21,980 bases of DNA, from NCBI GenBank assembly GCA_027451365.1, contig DAIDJN010000004.1, positions 1 through 21,980 on the forward strand, written 5' to 3'. The translations under genes were made by a program, and so were the position numbers. The notes below the pieces were generated by a model, which saw only the letters and a program-made list of their open reading frames with translations, was not told the origin of the DNA and did no database searches. This stretch comes from Phycisphaerales bacterium. Lineage in GTDB: Bacteria > Planctomycetota > Phycisphaerae > WQYP01. This document shows, piece by piece, positions 8,623 through 17,600 of the stretch (positions are counted from its first letter, which is position 1; every line of letters begins with the position of its first letter).

Positions 8623-8725
8623 CACGATTGATCGGTCGGACAGGGATGGCCGCATTGGAATGAAGATTTGATTGCATGTTCGGAGGCGGAAAAGTGTTGA
8701 GTTTTCCGATTAAGCCGGGGGGGGG

Positions 8726-9577
8726 TTAAGTCAGGGATGAAAGGGGAAGAATGGCCTTAATAAGGTCGTCCATGGTGTATTGGCGGTTCAACATCAGTGG
8801 CAGCAGCGTGCCGTGGTTGTGGGAGGAGTCTATGATAAGCATGTTCTTACCCAGAGTGCCGTACCCGGTATCCTGTCCCTGGTGACCACACACAAATAAA
8901 TCAGCCCACCAGAGTTTGCCAAGTTGTGCCAGCAGGTCAGATGTCTGAAACCTGCCCCAGACCATTTTATAAACTGATCCACTGCGCAGGTAGTCGGTCA
9001 TGGTGAGTTTGCGGCGTACAACGCTGGGGTCAAAGTCATCCAAGTCCCGAACGCCGGGCAACGAATGGCTTAGAAAAATTCCCGTCGCGGTAATGCCAGC
9101 CAGTGGCATGGAATAGACAAACTGCTTGTAGGCTGCCAGAACATTGGCTCCCTGCGGGCCATAAAACGCGGCGAACGAACGGGTGAAACGATCGGTCAGG
9201 TCGTATCCATCCTTCAGGATAGGAACGCTTGTGACCTGTGCCACATCATGATTGGCCAGAAGGAAATGCACCTGCCCGGGAAACTGCAAGGCCCAGTCGG
9301 CTGCATCCAGAACCAGTTCGATGCTGGTGTCTTCCCCGTCGGGTCCCAGGGCACCGCCATGAATGAGTTCCTGCAGAATAACATGTCTCTGAGGGAACTG
9401 TTCAAGTGCTGCAAAATTGACGATTCGTTCAAAGTTCCGCCTGTGATTATGCAGGTCGGCGGAAATAATCAGCTCGCCTTCCGAGGGGAAGTGCAACAGA
9501 TTTCCATTGCGAATGGGATTCTGCTTGTTGACCTCGGCGGCCTGCATAAGAACGTCTATAGCTTGTCGTGATGACAT
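8726..9577 (-). CDS. Calcineurin-like metallophosphoesterase (divergent)
   Basis: Motifs in the expected order: ADLHNH (DxH), LQELIHG (in place of GDxxDRG), LLANHD (GNH[D/E]), FLSHS and VCGHQ. Start placed at ATG 9577 (MSSRQ); the ORF extends to 9601. Confidence 0.85.
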   Translation of the reverse strand: MSSRQAIDVLMQAAEVNKQNPIRNGNLLHFPSEGELIISADLHNHRRNFERIVNFAALEQFPQRHVILQELIHGGALGPDGEDTSIELVLDAADWALQFPGQVHFLLANHDVAQVTSVPILKDGYDLTDRFTRSFAAFYGPQGANVLAAYKQFVYSMPLAGITATGIFLSHSLPGVRDLDDFDPSVVRRKLTMTDYLRSGSVYKMVWGRFQTSDLLAQLGKLWWADLFVCGHQGQDTGYGTLGKNMLIIDSSHNHGTLLPLMLNRQYTMDDLIKAILPLSSLT

Positions 9578-9618
9578 AAAGTTTCCAACCTTGCGGATCA
9601 AAATCGCCGCCCGTATTC

Positions 9619-9651
9619 ATGTATATCGGACGAATGATGCCGATAAAATCA
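9619..9651 (-). promoter_or_regulatory. Bipartite motif copy 1 (TGATTTTAT-N11-GTCCGATATACAT) upstream of the phosphoesterase
   Basis: Matches the copy at 11553-11585 at 21 of 22 box positions with identical spacing. It ends about 40 bp before the start codon. The CCGATA core resembles the sigma28/FliA -10 element GCCGATAA. Confidence 0.6.
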
Positions 9652-9671
9652 GGCTTCTATTCAGACATGCT

Positions 9672-10574
9672 TCATGTGACCGTGTCCGCATCTGCTGTGG
9701 ATTCGGGGTGCGCCTGGTTTTCCGGTGTTTTTTGGACATCCTGATTTAGCAGAATGCTCGCAGTCATGCTTTGCACAAGTTCCAGGCGATGGTATACATC
9801 TTCCATATTGGGGGGGCGGTTAGACGGTCTGTTTTCAACGCAATCCAGAATAAGTCTGGAAAAGGCAGCCGGTATTCGTGGATTTAAGTCGCTGGGGGCA
9901 ATCAGGGTGCGCGAATCGACGCTGGCCACCGTTGTCTTCTTCTTGGGAATAACGGTAGGCACGTGACGGTCTGTCACGCACCAGTAAAGCGTGGCACCAA
10001 AGTTAAAAATATCGGTTGCGGGTGTTAACGGCCCCAATGCCACCTGTTCCGGAGCAATGTAATCTGGCGTACCCTGAATTCGACTTTTTACAGTACCAAT
10101 GGCACAGCTTTGACCAAAGTCAATAATTTTACAAAGATTTTCGCTGTTTACTAAAATATTATTTGGTTTTATGTCCGCATGAACGTATCCCATTTTATGC
10201 ATAGTTCCTAGCCCTTGAGCGACCTGACAGGCTATGTGGATGAGCGACTGAAGGCTTTCGGGACGGGTGGAATCTAAGGAGGCCCCATCGAACATGTCCA
10301 TCAATAGCTGAAGTTCAGATATGGTTAAAAATTTTCGTTTGCGAATCATCCGATGACTTTTGCGCAATACAGGATGGTTGAATTGACTGCTGATGGCATA
10401 TTCCTGCTCGGCCTGCTCTAAGAATCGATCGTCTTCAGTGGTTCTCCTTAATACTCGTTTCAGCGCGTAAATCTGCCGTGTACGCTCTTCGCAAACAGCA
10501 TAAATCGTGCTTCTTGCCCCGTATCCGAGGCAGGAAATAACTTCAAAATCTGGAATATCTGGTAATATTTCCAT
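9672..10574 (-). CDS. Hanks-type Ser/Thr protein kinase, soluble, non-RD
   Basis: LGYGARSTIY (G-loop), YALK, HADIKPNN, DFG, GTPDYIAPEQ, DIFNFG. 300 aa with no hydrophobic segment or sensor domain. Confidence 0.93.
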   Translation of the reverse strand: MEILPDIPDFEVISCLGYGARSTIYAVCEERTRQIYALKRVLRRTTEDDRFLEQAEQEYAISSQFNHPVLRKSHRMIRKRKFLTISELQLLMDMFDGASLDSTRPESLQSLIHIACQVAQGLGTMHKMGYVHADIKPNNILVNSENLCKIIDFGQSCAIGTVKSRIQGTPDYIAPEQVALGPLTPATDIFNFGATLYWCVTDRHVPTVIPKKKTTVASVDSRTLIAPSDLNPRIPAAFSRLILDCVENRPSNRPPNMEDVYHRLELVQSMTASILLNQDVQKTPENQAHPESTADADTVT

Positions 10575-10789
10575 TCAGCAATCCGCTAGGCGATTTCCCA
10601 CCAACCGGGGGTGGGAGACAGTCCGATTCCCCTCTGGTTCATCGGCAAACAATATACAGCACAACAGGCACTTTACCAGCGCCGCCGACCGAATATTCCA
10701 ATAATGATAAAAACGCGGATTTTTTGGCAGGATAACTGAAGGCTTAAGGTGCACAAGCTGGAGATCGCCCACGAAGAACCCCGAAACCG

Positions 10790-11518
10790 TTAATGGCGAT
10801 CCAATAGGACGTAAAACGCCCGGCTGAATGCGGCTTGGGCAGCCGTCATCGGCTTGCCGCCTGTCACACTGGGACTCCATTGGAACTTCACCCGGTAATC
10901 GGGAATTCGCAAGCGGTTCTGTAATGCACGAACGAGCCGAACTGTGTTTCGGACTTGGCTACCGGTGTAGGGGCGTTGGTTAATGTTTCCGATAAGGCAA
11001 ATGCCGACTGCGTTGGCATACGGCGAATAAAAATGATGATTAAAATGAGGCCAGGAAAAGAAGGGAGCAGTAGAAAACTGTTCCTTCCATGCCGTACCAA
11101 CTTCAACATTGCCATCGGGCTTACCATTTCCATTGGCGGCGTTATCCACCACGAAATGAAAATCAACACCCAGACCAGGCCTTAGTGCCATGTTTCCTGC
11201 GCCAACACCTCCAATCATCCGGCCGGTGGCTAAATCAGCGGCGTTGCCTTTCAAGCCTCCAGATTGGTAGATGATGATATAGTCCCATCGCCGTTCAGGC
11301 AACGGGGCCGCCGTGGCCAGAACGGTTTTCATGTTCTGATTGGAAAAAGTGGCGCTTAGCATGTAAGGCTGCACCAGGTGCACTGGCTGCCCGCCAGCCA
11401 TAGCCAGTACCACCACCGTCAAAGAAAGCGTGACGATTAATGATCCCAGCACAATGATGACCCGATGCATATCTACGGGCTTTTTGCGGGAGTTTTTCTT
11501 GTTTGTTGTAACAGCCAT
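10790..11518 (-). CDS. Exported or membrane-anchored Amidase_2 (PGRP-fold) protein with degenerate zinc ligands
   Basis: Basic N-terminus plus a hydrophobic helix (VIIVLGSLIVTLSLTVVVLAMA). WDYIIIYQS, DFHFVVDN, DGNVEVG..W..Q, AVGICLIGN and LVRALQ..LRIP follow the Amidase_2 pattern. Start ATG 11518, or TTG 11527. Confidence 0.8.
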   Translation of the reverse strand: MAVTTNKKNSRKKPVDMHRVIIVLGSLIVTLSLTVVVLAMAGGQPVHLVQPYMLSATFSNQNMKTVLATAAPLPERRWDYIIIYQSGGLKGNAADLATGRMIGGVGAGNMALRPGLGVDFHFVVDNAANGNGKPDGNVEVGTAWKEQFSTAPFFSWPHFNHHFYSPYANAVGICLIGNINQRPYTGSQVRNTVRLVRALQNRLRIPDYRVKFQWSPSVTGGKPMTAAQAAFSRAFYVLLDRH

Positions 11519-11552
11519 AACACTCAACCAGAATTCACAACTGAATCCAAAG

Positions 11553-11585
11553 ATGTATATCGGACCAAAGGGTGAAATATAATCA
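11553..11585 (-). promoter_or_regulatory. Bipartite motif copy 2 (TGATTATAT-N11-GTCCGATATACAT) upstream of the amidase-like gene
   Basis: Near-identical to 9619-9651, same orientation relative to its gene, ending about 35 bp before ATG 11518. Confidence 0.6.
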
Positions 11586-12035
11586 CTTTTTCCCGTTTTT
11601 ATTCACAAATTTTGGGAAAATATACAGCTCGCTCCCGAACTACCGGCGGCTTAACCCATGCAGGCCGCAGGCTATTTTTCAACGCTTATAAGAATAATAA
11701 AAGAGCGGAATAAAATCAAATTCTGCGCGAAATTATATCAAATTTAAACGGTCCATGGACAGGCATATGCCAACTGAACCGGGCCGGTCCATGCGGATTT
11801 ATCGCATGGCTCCGGGCACTGGTCGCAAGCCACAAGTCGAAAGTCGTGGTTTTAGAGCGGTTTGGCGCAAAAGCTGGGGTATTTTCTCCCCAGGGCGGCC
11901 GGGTATTTAAGAAAATCCCCAATTATCGCTATCCTTGGTCCGGGATAAAATTGATCGAATTTTGGCCTGAAACGTTGATAATCTTGGCGAAACGACCGTT
12001 TGTTCGCCATTTCGACTCACCAAATACCATCGAAC

Positions 12036-12064
12036 TCGACGATTTGTAACACGGGTCGTATCAT
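12036..12064 (+). promoter_or_regulatory. Possible distal sigma70-type promoter
   Basis: TCGACG (12036-12041), 17 bp spacer, TATCAT (12059-12064). Confidence 0.35.
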
Positions 12065-12181
12065 TTGGCTGGCGGGTCAGCTGAATGCGGCAACTGTAAG
12101 CTAGGCGGTTGCCGGACTGATAAAAGCGGGTGCGTGCACCGCTGGTGGACCGTTGGAATGCGTTGGGCGATCGATTGCCCT

Positions 12182-12210
12182 TTGACAGCCGCCGCCTGCG
12201 GCATCACAAT
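12182..12210 (+). promoter_or_regulatory. sigma70-type promoter for the hypothetical membrane protein (possibly also fmt)
   Basis: Perfect TTGACA (12182-12187), 17 bp spacer, CACAAT (12205-12210). Confidence 0.6.
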
Positions 12211-12382
12211 ATATGGCCAGTTGCCTCGCGTAACCAGAGTCAACCCTGTTTAAGACGGGTTGAATCATCGTTCGATGCGATAGACGGCGGTCGCGATACG
12301 AGTTTGGTTTCACTCAGGAATCGTATAACCAATGTTGGACGGGTATCACGCCCGGCCAAGCCTGTTACCGGAGGATGGATCC

Positions 12383-13402
12383 ATGAACCTTGAAAAGACG
12401 GCAAAACGAGCCAAACTGCTGACCATCCTGATCGGATGTTTAGGCGTGCTGGTTCTGATATTCGGCGTTGCAACGCTGATTATCGCTCTATCGCAGATTC
12501 AGGGAGCGGGAATCGCCGCGCGGCTTTCAGCGGCAATTCCCGAACTGGTGATCGCGGGATTTGGCCTGGTGGTGGTCTGTGCGGTGGTGCTGCTTTATCC
12601 GTTAATTGAAATTCGCGTACGCGCTCTGGCGGATGAAGGCTGGCGTTACGAACAGGTTCGAGGTTCGCTGGAAACCATGCGGCAACTGTTGGAAACCATC
12701 CGTGAAAGCACATCCTTGTCCGATGCCGCCAAACAAACGGCCTACCGCCATAAAGATCGCGAAGCGCTTCGCCACGCCATTCGAGAAGACATTGAAAAGA
12801 ACGATTATGAAGCCGCGCACTGGCTGGTTTCCGAAATGGAACGGCGATTCGGCAATCGGCAGGAAGCTGCACAGTTCCGCGATATGATAGAAACTTCCCG
12901 CAAACAGTTTATTGACCGCGAACTGCACGAAAGTCTGGAACATTTTTCCCGACTGGTTGAAAAATATGCGTGGGCGGATTGCCAGCGGGAAATTGAACAT
13001 TTGACGCGAATTTTTCCAGGAAACCCGGAAATCATCGCATTGCCAGAGCGCATCGCCAGTGCCAAAGCGGTGCACAAACGTGAACTTCTAAAGGAATGGA
13101 AAGACGCCGTTTCGCGCGACGATGTGGACCGCAGCGTGGAATTGCTCAAGCAGCTTGACCAGTATCTTTCCCCCGCGGAGGGCGAGGAATACAAGGAAGT
13201 CGCGCGGGAAGTGTTCCGCAAAAAACTTCAGCAACTGGGTGTGCAGTTTGAACTGCACTGGAAAGATAAGAACTGGACCGAAGCATTGCGTATCGGCCTG
13301 CAGATTACCGATGAATATCCCAATGCGCGCATCGCCGCGGAAGTGCGGGAACGCCTGGCTGTGCTGAAAGAGCGAGCGGGCCAGTCTTCCATGGCAATGT
13401 AA
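12383..13402 (+). CDS. Hypothetical membrane protein: two N-terminal TM helices plus a long charged alpha-helical repeat region
   Basis: GGAGGA RBS at 12370-12375 before ATG 12383 (MNLEK). Two hydrophobic stretches, then an E/R/K/L-rich helical region of about 260 aa. Confidence 0.85.
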   Translation: MNLEKTAKRAKLLTILIGCLGVLVLIFGVATLIIALSQIQGAGIAARLSAAIPELVIAGFGLVVVCAVVLLYPLIEIRVRALADEGWRYEQVRGSLETMRQLLETIRESTSLSDAAKQTAYRHKDREALRHAIREDIEKNDYEAAHWLVSEMERRFGNRQEAAQFRDMIETSRKQFIDRELHESLEHFSRLVEKYAWADCQREIEHLTRIFPGNPEIIALPERIASAKAVHKRELLKEWKDAVSRDDVDRSVELLKQLDQYLSPAEGEEYKEVAREVFRKKLQQLGVQFELHWKDKNWTEALRIGLQITDEYPNARIAAEVRERLAVLKERAGQSSMAM

Positions 13403-13568
13403 TCGGTAGTGCTCACCCGACGGTGGTGATCCAACCAAATGGTGTTGTTTTTTCACCCGGATACGGATACGCCATCCGAACAATCCGGTAGGTATCTCAG
13501 AATGCTTCCCAATTGCTTCCGATGCGATTCAGGTTCGCGCCCTGAAAAATTCCGTGGGTGTATTTTCC

Positions 13569-14528
13569 ATGAACGTACTTTTTTTCGCATCTGGCGCTTT
13601 TGCTATTCCTGCATTTGACCGGCTGCGGCAATCTTCGCATGCCATAGTCGGCGTGGTAAGCCAGCCCGATCGGCCCGCTGGTCGTGGCCGTGTCCTTACG
13701 CCCACGCCGCTGGCCGCCCATGCGGCCGCCTTGGGTTATGCGGTGCAAAAAAGCGATAATGTCAACGCGGCGGATTTCATTGACTGGGTGGCGGCCCGCA
13801 AGACGGATGTCATAGTGGCAATTGCCTTCGGCCAGAAATTATCTGATGCACTTCTGGCGGTTGCGACCGCTGGCGGAATTAATCTTCATGGATCGTTATT
13901 GCCGGCGTTTCGCGGAGCCGCGCCTGTGAACGCGGCCATTCTGTCTGGTGCCAGCGTCACGGGCGTCACAGTGATCCGGCTAAGCAATGTCATGGATGGC
14001 GGCGATATTCTGGCATCCCGGGAGGTGCCCATTCATGACGACCAGACCGCAGGAGAGTTGCATGATGTGCTGGCCCAGACCGGTGGCGGACTTGTGCCGG
14101 AAGTGCTGGACAATTTCGCTGTCGGAAATATAGCCGGCGTGCCGCAGCGGCGGGACCTGATTTCCAAGGCCCCTAAACTTTCGCGCGCCATGGGCTGGGT
14201 GAATTTTTCCGAACCAGCCACAGCGGTTTCGGCCAGAATTCGCGGTCTTTCGCCCTGGCCGGGGTGCCATATCTGTTTTATCGCGCCTGATGGGACAAAG
14301 AAAATTGAAGCGCATGTTCTGAAATGTCGGGCAGTGGCCCCGATTGCCGCATCGGCTCCCGGAACGGTCATAGACGGCCTGCGGATTGTCTGCGGAACCG
14401 GCGCGGTGGAATTGCTGGCAATTGTGCCGCTGGGTAGAAAACAGATGGACATGCGTGCATTTGCCAACGGTTACGGCGTGAAACCGGGCTGGAGCGTAAT
14501 TTCATCGCCGCCGGAAATCCGCAACTGA
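13569..14528 (+). CDS. fmt: Methionyl-tRNA formyltransferase
   Basis: VVSQPDRPAGRG, AFGQ, INLHGSLLPAFRGAAPVN, GVTV, MDGGD, IRGLSPWPG, GRKQM...FANG. Start placed at ATG 13569 (MNVLFF). Confidence 0.96.
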   Translation: MNVLFFASGAFAIPAFDRLRQSSHAIVGVVSQPDRPAGRGRVLTPTPLAAHAAALGYAVQKSDNVNAADFIDWVAARKTDVIVAIAFGQKLSDALLAVATAGGINLHGSLLPAFRGAAPVNAAILSGASVTGVTVIRLSNVMDGGDILASREVPIHDDQTAGELHDVLAQTGGGLVPEVLDNFAVGNIAGVPQRRDLISKAPKLSRAMGWVNFSEPATAVSARIRGLSPWPGCHICFIAPDGTKKIEAHVLKCRAVAPIAASAPGTVIDGLRIVCGTGAVELLAIVPLGRKQMDMRAFANGYGVKPGWSVISSPPEIRN

Positions 14529-14685
14529 CGCGGCATCCGTGTTCGCGGTTGCCCGCTATCCAGCAGAATTCCCGCCCGCCAGTTCTGCGTTGCCACGGAC
14601 CACACACGGTAGATCGTTCGGCTATGGCACATTGTCCGACCGCCTGAAGTGGCATGAAACACGTTTGACCGGACCAGAGATCAGA

Positions 14686-17600
14686 TTATTTTTTGGTCTG
14701 CGGGCGCACCGGTTTGACCGGTTGTTCCGGCACTTTGGCCGGGACTTCCGCTGCCGGGTTAAATAAATTTCTCAAAACATTCAACAGCGTTTCCCCCTGA
14801 AAATAGGCCGGGGGAAGCCGCAGGTGAATCGCATTCTGGTCCACCGGGCGAATCGACCCTGGCGCTTTGCTTAACAGCGGCCCTAATGCCGCAAGGTCGT
14901 GCAACGCAAAGACCAGGTCCGGAGGCTTGCTGATCATGCTGCGCACCCCCGCTTGAGCCGCGTGAATTCCCAGAATCGTCAGTTCAAACTGCAATTCCAC
15001 CGGTCGCGGCAGCGGACCAAAGGCATCGATGATATCGCGCCGCAGGGATTCGACGGCCTCCAGCGTGTGGCACCGGGATAGCCGCCGATAGAAATCCATA
15101 CGTTGTCGGTCGGAAGAAATATAAGTTCTGGGCACACCGCCATGAATGCCGATGTCGATGGTGACTTCCGGGGGCTTGTCCAGCGGCATGTTTTTAACGC
15201 GTTTGACGGCCTCTTCCAGAAGCTGGCAATACATTTCATAACCCACTGACGCGATATGGCCGGATTGTTCATCTCCCAGAAGATTACCCGCCCCGCGGAT
15301 TTCCAGGTCGCGCAGGGCAATTTTGAATCCGGCGCCAAGCGATGCATATTCCTCCATGGCTTTCAGGCGTTTGGCCGCCGCGTCAGTAATCACTTTGTCC
15401 GGACTTAACACCAGGTAGCAATAGGCCCGGTGTTTGGATCTTCCCACCCGGCCGCGCAATTGATGCAGATCACTCAGGCCGTAATGTTCCGCTTCATTAA
15501 TGAAAATAGTGTTGGCGGTCGGCACGTCCAGCCCGCTTTCAATAATGGTGGTGGAAACCAGAATATCCGCCTGGCGGGTGAAGAATTTGTGCATGATTTC
15601 TTCCAGTTCGTGGCCCGGCATCTGTCCATGGCCGACCACAATTCGCGCGTTGGGAACCAGCACCCGGATACGCTCGGCAATTGCTTGAATATTGTGGATG
15701 CGGTTATGGACAAAATAGATCTGGCCGTCACGGGCCAGTTCACGTTCCAACGCCTGACGGATGCGAGCGTCCTCCCAGCCGGTTACTTCAGTGACCACGC
15801 TGCGCCGGTCGCGCGGCGGCGTGGCCAGATTGGAAATATCCCGAATGCCCAATAGGCTCATGTGCAGGGTTCGCGGAATGGGTGTGGCGGTCATTGTCAG
15901 AACATCCACTGTCAGGCGAAGTTTTTTCAGCCGCTCCTTGTTTTCCACGCCGAAGCGCTGTTCTTCGTCAATAATCACCAGACCAAGATCGGCAAACTGC
16001 ACGTCGCGGCTAAGCAGGCGATGGGTGCCAATCAGCACATCCACTTTGCCATTGGCAGTCTGTTCCAGAATGTGGCGCATCTCGGAGGCTGTTTTGAATC
16101 GCGACACGCTTTCCACCACAAATGGATACCCCGCCATGCGTTGGCCGAAGGTTTCCTCATGCTGTTCCACCAGCACAGTGGTCGGGGCCAGAACCGCGAC
16201 CTGCTTGCCGGATTCGCACACTTTAAACGCACTGCGAATCGCCAGTTCAGTTTTTCCGTAACCCACATCTCCACACAGCAGGCGATCCATCGGTCGCGGC
16301 TTTTGCAGGTCCTGTTTGATTTCCTCTATGCAGCGAAGCTGGTCATCTGTGGCCTGAAACGGAAAGGAATTTTCAAATTCCCGCATCCATACGGTGTCCG
16401 CTGGATAAGCGTTCCCAGGGAATTGCTCGCGAGCCGCCGCCACTTCAAGCATTTCCGCGGCCAGTTGTTCCACTGCTTCGGCCACTTTGCTTTTCTGGGT
16501 GGCCCACGCCCCGCCGCCCAGCGTGGACAGCGGCGGCCTTCCCTGCGCGCCGCCAACATATTTCTGCACCAAATTAATCTGCACAATCGGAACGTGCAGT
16601 GTCGCGGAGCGGGCGAATTCCAGCGTCAGGTATTCCATGGATTTGCCATCCCGCGTCAGGCTCGTATTGCCCGTGTAACGCGCGATGCCATGGTCCACAT
16701 GCACGACATAATCGCCCGGTTGAAGGTCCAGAAAATGGTCAATCGGGCGAGCGCCCTGTATCGCACGCAACCGTCTTTTCAGATGATACCGGTGAAACAG
16801 CTCATGGTGCGCCAGCAGAACAAGCCAGCGTTCATCCTCCTGTTTTGCCGCGGGTACGGCATCTTTCACGGTCGCCGCGGATTCGGACAGTTGCCAGCGG
16901 AACCCCATTGCCAGGTCACCGACGGGCATCGCCACCCGGTCCATCACCGTCGGATGTTTCACGTGCAGCAGATCGGTGAGCCTGGTTTTTTCCGATTGGC
17001 TTTGGCATACCACCACCACCTGATGCGCTGCCGCAAGCGCTGCCAGTGCCGCAAGGGCTTCGTCGGTTTGAGTGGCAAAGGTTTCCACGCTCCGGCAGGG
17101 CAGGCGAATGGTTTCCGGGCCGCTGGTGGAAAATTGCATAATCTGGGCATGTGCAAATGACTGAATGTTTTTCAGAACAGCCGATACCGGATAAATGCCG
17201 CGAGCGTCGGACAGACGGTCCAGATAGCTGCGACCCTGTTCTTGAATTTCCGCCGGTTCCACCAGCCAGACCACGGTCTGGGGCGGCAGCCACGCCAGAA
17301 AATTTAGCGTCTTTTCCTGCGGCCAGGTTGACGATGAGCCTAAAGCCGCCAGCCGCAGCGACGTTAATTGATCCAGTGTGCCGAGCGTTTCCAAGTCGAA
17401 ACCATGAATCGATTCAATCTGATCGCCGAAGAAGTTCAGCCGCAGCGGCCGCTTTTCCCCGGCGGGCCAGACATCAAGTATTTCACCGCGAACCGCAAAA
17501 TCGCCTGGGTTTTCCACCGTTTCCAGGCGGGTATAGCCCTGGCGAACCAGCCAGTCCAGAAGTTCATCGCGTCGCCGCGCAGTGCCCACTCGCAGCGTGA

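Noticed and set aside
8717..8725. G9 homopolymer as a possible phase-variation tract
   Set aside because: It lies just outside the phosphoesterase stop codon between convergent genes, so slippage would alter neither a reading frame nor a promoter.
9639..9646. Perfect GCCGATAA (sigma28 -10) on the plus strand
   Set aside because: No -35 element at the right distance, and it points antisense into the kinase. It overlaps the minus-strand motif and forms only a 6-bp inverted repeat with TATCGG.
15862..17160. 432-aa plus-strand ORF and other long antisense ORFs (5181-6152, 3247-3873, 1193-1795, 20167-20775)
   Set aside because: They are shadow ORFs opposite well-supported genes (mfd, pilB, pilT, GH51) and have no recognisable motifs.
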